DNA of 64,000 bases from an uncultured Actinomycetes bacterium. Its GTDB lineage: Bacteria; Actinomycetota; Acidimicrobiia; Acidimicrobiales; RAAP-2. Position numbers and translations under genes: made by a program. Positions 60,722-64,000 of the stretch are shown here, piece by piece. The stretch spans positions 16,311-80,310 of the forward strand of contig CAIQEU010000020.1 of assembly GCA_903870905.1 (NCBI GenBank), read 5' to 3'. Every line of letters starts with the position of its first letter. Position 1 is the stretch's first letter. The notes beneath the pieces were generated by a model. The model ran no database searches and was not told the DNA's origin. It saw nothing but the letters and a program-made list of their open reading frames with translations.

Positions 60722-62235
60722 CCATGACGCATCCAGCAGCTGGTGGCAAGGCCTCTTCTGCTCCGTTGATGGGGCGGGCAGCAGAGCCGACGATCTTCGA
60801 GCTCTCCCAACCTGGTCGATCGAGCTTCCAATTCCGAACGACTGGTGTGCCGCCTCGGCCTGCTGGTGACCTCATTCCTTCGGAGTTCCTCGCCGACGAC
60901 GTCGTCGAATTGGCAGAAGTCTCTGAGCGCGATCTCGTGGCGCACTTCACTCGCCTCAGCCATCGCCAGTTCTCTGTGGACCTCGGCGCGTATCCGCTCG
61001 GCTCGTGCACGATGAAGTACAACCCGAAGGTGTGCGACACCATTGCGTCGCTCCCGGGTCTCGCCGGCGTGCACCCTGGCGCTCCGGCATCGCTGACGCA
61101 GGGCTGGTTGGAGATCATGGTGTCGCTGGAAGCAGCGCTCTGTGAGGTCACCGGTATGGCGTCGGCCACGCTGCAGCCCGCAGCTGGAGCAGCGGGGGAG
61201 TTGACCGGTCTGTTGCTCATGCGTGCGTACCACGCCGCACGGGGTGAAGAGCGTCGCCGCATCATCATTCCCGACTCCGCCCACGGCACGAACCCGGCAT
61301 CGGTCACCCTTGGTGGCTACGACGTCACGACCGTTCCATCAGATGATCGTGGTTGTGTCGACCTCGCCGCGCTCAAGGCAGTACTCGATACCGATGTTGC
61401 CGGCATCATGCTCACGAACCCCAACACGCTCGGACTCTTCGAAGAGGACATCGCCGAGATCGCTGCTGCTGTGCACGACGTTGGTGGGCTCCTCTACTAC
61501 GACGGTGCCAACTTGAACGCCATCTTGGGCGTCGTGCGCCCAGGTGACATGGGCTTCGACATCGTCCACATGAACCTCCACAAGACCTTCGCCACGCCAC
61601 ACGGTGGTGGGGGACCCGGTGCGGGCCCAGTTGCGGTGTCGAGCCGCCTCACTGAATTCCTGCCCGGCCCCCGAGCGACCAAGGTTGGCGATCGCTACGA
61701 CTGGGTGACCCCTCCATCATCCATTGGTCGAGTGCATGGCTGGCACGGCAATGCCCTCGTGCTGGCACGAGCCCTCGCCTACATTGAAATTCACGGCGGT
61801 GACGGACTTCGCAAGGTGTCGGAGCGTGCAGTGCTCAACGCCAACTGGATCCGCCAGCGGCTCTCCACGGTCTTCGACGTGGCGTTCGACCGGCCCTGCA
61901 TGCACGAAGTCGTGCTCTCGCTGACCACGCTGCGGAAGGACCATGGGATCAAGGCCATCGACGTGGCCAAGCGGCTCATGGAGGAGGGATTCCACGCGCC
62001 GACCGTGTACTTCCCACTCATCGTGGATGAAGCGCTCATGATCGAGCCGACCGAAACCGAGAGCTTGCAAACCTTGGAGGCATTGGCGCAGGCGTTCGAA
62101 CTGATCGCCGCTGAGGCGTTGAGCGATCCTGATTCGCTGCACGCAGCGCCACGGACGTCACCGGTTGGTCGGGTCGATGAAGCGCTCGCGGCGCGACAGC
62201 TCATTCAGACGTTCGACGCTCGCCCCCAGCCCTAG
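60718..62235 (+). CDS. gcvPB: Glycine dehydrogenase (decarboxylating) subunit 2
   Basis: PLGSCTMKYNP and PLP-lysine context HMNLHKTFATPHGGGGPG. GTGA overlap with gcvPA. Confidence 0.93.
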   Translation: MTMTHPAAGGKASSAPLMGRAAEPTIFELSQPGRSSFQFRTTGVPPRPAGDLIPSEFLADDVVELAEVSERDLVAHFTRLSHRQFSVDLGAYPLGSCTMKYNPKVCDTIASLPGLAGVHPGAPASLTQGWLEIMVSLEAALCEVTGMASATLQPAAGAAGELTGLLLMRAYHAARGEERRRIIIPDSAHGTNPASVTLGGYDVTTVPSDDRGCVDLAALKAVLDTDVAGIMLTNPNTLGLFEEDIAEIAAAVHDVGGLLYYDGANLNAILGVVRPGDMGFDIVHMNLHKTFATPHGGGGPGAGPVAVSSRLTEFLPGPRATKVGDRYDWVTPPSSIGRVHGWHGNALVLARALAYIEIHGGDGLRKVSERAVLNANWIRQRLSTVFDVAFDRPCMHEVVLSLTTLRKDHGIKAIDVAKRLMEEGFHAPTVYFPLIVDEALMIEPTETESLQTLEALAQAFELIAAEALSDPDSLHAAPRTSPVGRVDEALAARQLIQTFDARPQP

Positions 62236-62245
62236 AAGGGGAGTG

Positions 62246-62272
62246 GCCTGACCTCAGTCGAGGAGGTCAGGC
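62246..62272. terminator. Bidirectional hairpin between the convergent gcvPB and aldolase genes
   Basis: 10-bp perfect stem GCCTGACCTC-AGTCGAG-GAGGTCAGGC. It overlaps the last codons of the aldolase gene. Confidence 0.55.
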
Positions 62273-63018
62273 TGGAGCTTGATGATCTGATCGAAGAGCG
62301 ACTGGAAGCTGAACTGCCCAGCGATCTCGGTGCCAACGACGTCGTGGGCCGCCTTCGCGGAAGCGTCATCGATCGAAATCGGCTGCCCGGCAGCCATGGC
62401 CAAGAGCTGCACCTGACAGGTCCGCTCCATGGTGATGAACCACCACACCGCAGATTCAACGGTGTGGCCGACCGTCAACAGCCCGTGGTTGCGCAGAATG
62501 GCTGCCTTGTTGGTGCCGACCGTCCTCGCAATCCGTCGCCCCTCTTCGAGGTCTAAGACCACGCCGGTGAAGTCATCGAACAGTGCGTGGTCGTTGTAGA
62601 AGGCGCAGGCGTCTTGGGTGATGGGGTCGAGGGTCTTGCCGAGCGTCGAGAATGCCCGGCCATAGGTCGAGTGGCTGTGCGCTGCAGCGACGACGTCAGG
62701 GCGAGCTTCGTGGACTTGGGAGTGAATGGCGAAGGCAGCACCGTTGACGAACGCGTCGCCGTAGACAACGTTGCCTTCGTGGTCGACGCAGATGAGGTCA
62801 GACACCGAAATATGGGAGAAGGGCATACCGAAGGGGTTCACCCAAAATCGCGTGGGATCCCCTGGGTCGCGAGCGGTGATGTGGCCTGCCACGCCCTCGT
62901 CGAAACCGAACTTGCCGAAGAGTCGGAACCCAGCGGCAAGGCGCTGCTTGCGGTAGAGCCGTTCGGCCTCGATGTCCTCGTGGGAGCCACCGGGGGGATT
63001 GGGGAACAGGGTTGACAT
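62254..63018 (-). CDS. Class II aldolase/adducin-family protein
   Basis: GVAGHITARD...AAAHSHSTYG...LRNHGLLTVG. AAGGAGG SD precedes ATG 63018. The upstream 111 codons of ORF 62254-63351 are a spurious extension. Confidence 0.88.
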   Translation of the reverse strand: MSTLFPNPPGGSHEDIEAERLYRKQRLAAGFRLFGKFGFDEGVAGHITARDPGDPTRFWVNPFGMPFSHISVSDLICVDHEGNVVYGDAFVNGAAFAIHSQVHEARPDVVAAAHSHSTYGRAFSTLGKTLDPITQDACAFYNDHALFDDFTGVVLDLEEGRRIARTVGTNKAAILRNHGLLTVGHTVESAVWWFITMERTCQVQLLAMAAGQPISIDDASAKAAHDVVGTEIAGQFSFQSLFDQIIKLQPDLLD

Positions 63019-63083
63019 GGCTACCTCCTTCGTAGCTCTGATCCTACGCGTGCGCAGCAGTGAACAGAGGAGAACTGACCGAC

Positions 63084-63449
63084 TTAGGCGCCAGTGAGGA
63101 CCAGGCCCAGGCCCGATGCACTGGTGGCCACGATGAGGAGGCCGAGGCCGTGGGCAGCGCCAGTCCACCACTGTCGCCGCCGGACGAGGGTGACCGTGTC
63201 CACCGAAGCGGTGGACCACGTGGTGAACCCTCCACAGAGGCCAGCAGTCAGCACGGTGGAGGACCCCGTGGTGAGGTGTCCAGCGAGTGCGAGACCCGTC
63301 ACGATGCCAATCGCCAGCGAACCGATCAGGTTCACGATCACCATCGGCCAAAGGGAGCGGAATCCGAGATGGCGGTCGACCAGGCGGTCGCTGGCGAAGC
63401 GCAGGACCGCTCCTGTTCCCCCAAGGATGAGCACGCCGATCTCAATCAC
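63084..63449 (-). CDS. crcB: Fluoride channel CrcB/Fluc (second of a tandem pair)
   Basis: 4-TM protein with VNLIGSLAIG and GLCGGFTTWST. GTG 63449 overlaps the upstream crcB stop (GTGA). Confidence 0.88.
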   Translation of the reverse strand: MIEIGVLILGGTGAVLRFASDRLVDRHLGFRSLWPMVIVNLIGSLAIGIVTGLALAGHLTTGSSTVLTAGLCGGFTTWSTASVDTVTLVRRRQWWTGAAHGLGLLIVATSASGLGLVLTGA

Positions 63450-63895
63450 GAGAACCTCCGCCGGGGGAGCCATACCTGCTCGCCGAGCCACGCTCCACCG
63501 ACCCCGAGGATCAGACTGAGGGCGAGGAAGCCCACTGCTCGACCGGTGCAGTGGTTTCGGATGAGCTCGGCACCGACGAGCGCCACCGAGGAGTAGGTCG
63601 TCCAGCCCCCGAGGAGGCCGGTCGTCGTGAAGAGGCGCAGGCTGTGGCGGGGATGGGCATCGAAGAACGGAAGGAGTGCGCCGAGGATGATGCACCCGAC
63701 GGTGTTGAGGATGAGGAGTGCCCACGGAATGCTGGCCAGCGACGGGGCGAGGTGCGGGAGGACGGCGTAGCGAGCCAGCGAACCGAGTGCGCCACCAGCG
63801 AAGACCAGCATGATTTCGGCGACGGTGATCCGGGAGGTTGGTCGGTCCTGCTCAGCCAATGCCGGATCGTCGAGTGGTCGATCTCCAGAGGTCAC
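63446..63895 (-). CDS. crcB: Fluoride channel CrcB/Fluc (first of a tandem pair); N-terminal boundary uncertain
   Basis: FAGGALGSLARY, LNTVGCIILG and GLLGGWTTYSS. GTG 63895 gives a 28-aa non-hydrophobic extension. ATG 63811 (MLVFAGG) is an alternative start. Confidence 0.85.
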   Translation of the reverse strand: MTSGDRPLDDPALAEQDRPTSRITVAEIMLVFAGGALGSLARYAVLPHLAPSLASIPWALLILNTVGCIILGALLPFFDAHPRHSLRLFTTTGLLGGWTTYSSVALVGAELIRNHCTGRAVGFLALSLILGVGGAWLGEQVWLPRRRFS

Positions 63896-63980
63896 TCCAT
63901 CAACCTACCGCCGGGGACGTCGAGGACTGGGGAGGAGTGAGCCAGGGCCAGCCCCACCTGCGCAACGATCTACTACTATC

Positions 63981-63994
63981 ATAATGAACATTAT
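63981..63994. promoter_or_regulatory. AT-rich 14-bp palindrome ATAATG-AA-CATTAT; contains a perfect minus-strand TATAAT
   Basis: Perfect 6-bp inverted arms in an otherwise GC-rich context. On the minus strand TATAAT (63990-63995) lies about 95 nt upstream of the crcB GTG. Confidence 0.4.
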
Positions 63995-64000
63995 AGGCGG

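Noticed and set aside
63896-63990. A fluoride riboswitch upstream of crcB.
   Set aside because: I could not find the conserved core sequence or pseudoknot pairing by eye. It is kept only as something to test with a covariance model.

Overview
This is a high-GC actinobacterial (Actinomycetota) chromosomal core segment. It is almost entirely housekeeping genes, mostly on the + strand, and many are translationally coupled by 1-4 nt start/stop overlaps.

Gene order:
- clpX (5' partial)-folC-ndk-mreB-mreC-mreD-mrdA
- a 426-nt structured spacer, then RNase E/G-rplU-rpmA
- hup (-)
- class-III aminotransferase, DtxR-like regulator, obg-proB-proA-moxR-VWA-His phosphatase
- class II DAHP synthase (-)
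- LLM oxidoreductase-nadD-small TM ORF-rsfS-xerC/D
- rpsB-tsf-pyrH-frr-cdsA-dxr-rseP-ispG-proS
- rimP-nusA-ylxR-infB-rbfA-truB-ribF
- rpsO-pnp-M16 peptidase-dapB-CDP-alcohol phosphatidyltransferase
- gcvH-FHA (GarA-like)-MerR-bifunctional nuclease-DUF4232
- yhdH-like (-)
- S9 peptidase and a GT-C-like membrane protein
- two unknown envelope proteins plus thiD (-)
- thiG
- MerR, T7-endonuclease-I-like ORF, gcvT-gcvPA-gcvPB
- class II aldolase (-) and two crcB genes (-)

The synteny matches well-known Streptomyces and Mycobacterium core blocks. The presence of mreBCD and a split glycine dehydrogenase (PA/PB) points to a non-mycobacterial, possibly deep-branching lineage; that is inference.

I found no rRNA, tRNA, CRISPR array, transposase, prophage, or recognisable defence or biosynthetic island. 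I cannot defend any claim of a clearly new multi-gene system here. The observations most worth a second look are:
- (i) two MerR + nuclease-fold modules flanking the gcv genes, including a T7 endonuclease I-like ORF that lacks the catalytic Lys
- (ii) a GarA-position FHA protein with a zinc ribbon in place of the phospho-threonine switch
- (iii) a heavily structured 426-nt region upstream of the RNase E/G gene
- (iv) ylxR, whose conserved N-terminus is encoded upstream of any canonical start codon
- (v) two unknown envelope proteins translationally coupled to thiD
- (vi) a recurrent TANNNT-N6/7-start geometry implying many leaderless mRNAs
- (vii) an AT-rich dif-like or operator-like palindrome cut by the window end

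All functional calls rest on my reading of the translated ORFs (motifs, order); no database search was run.
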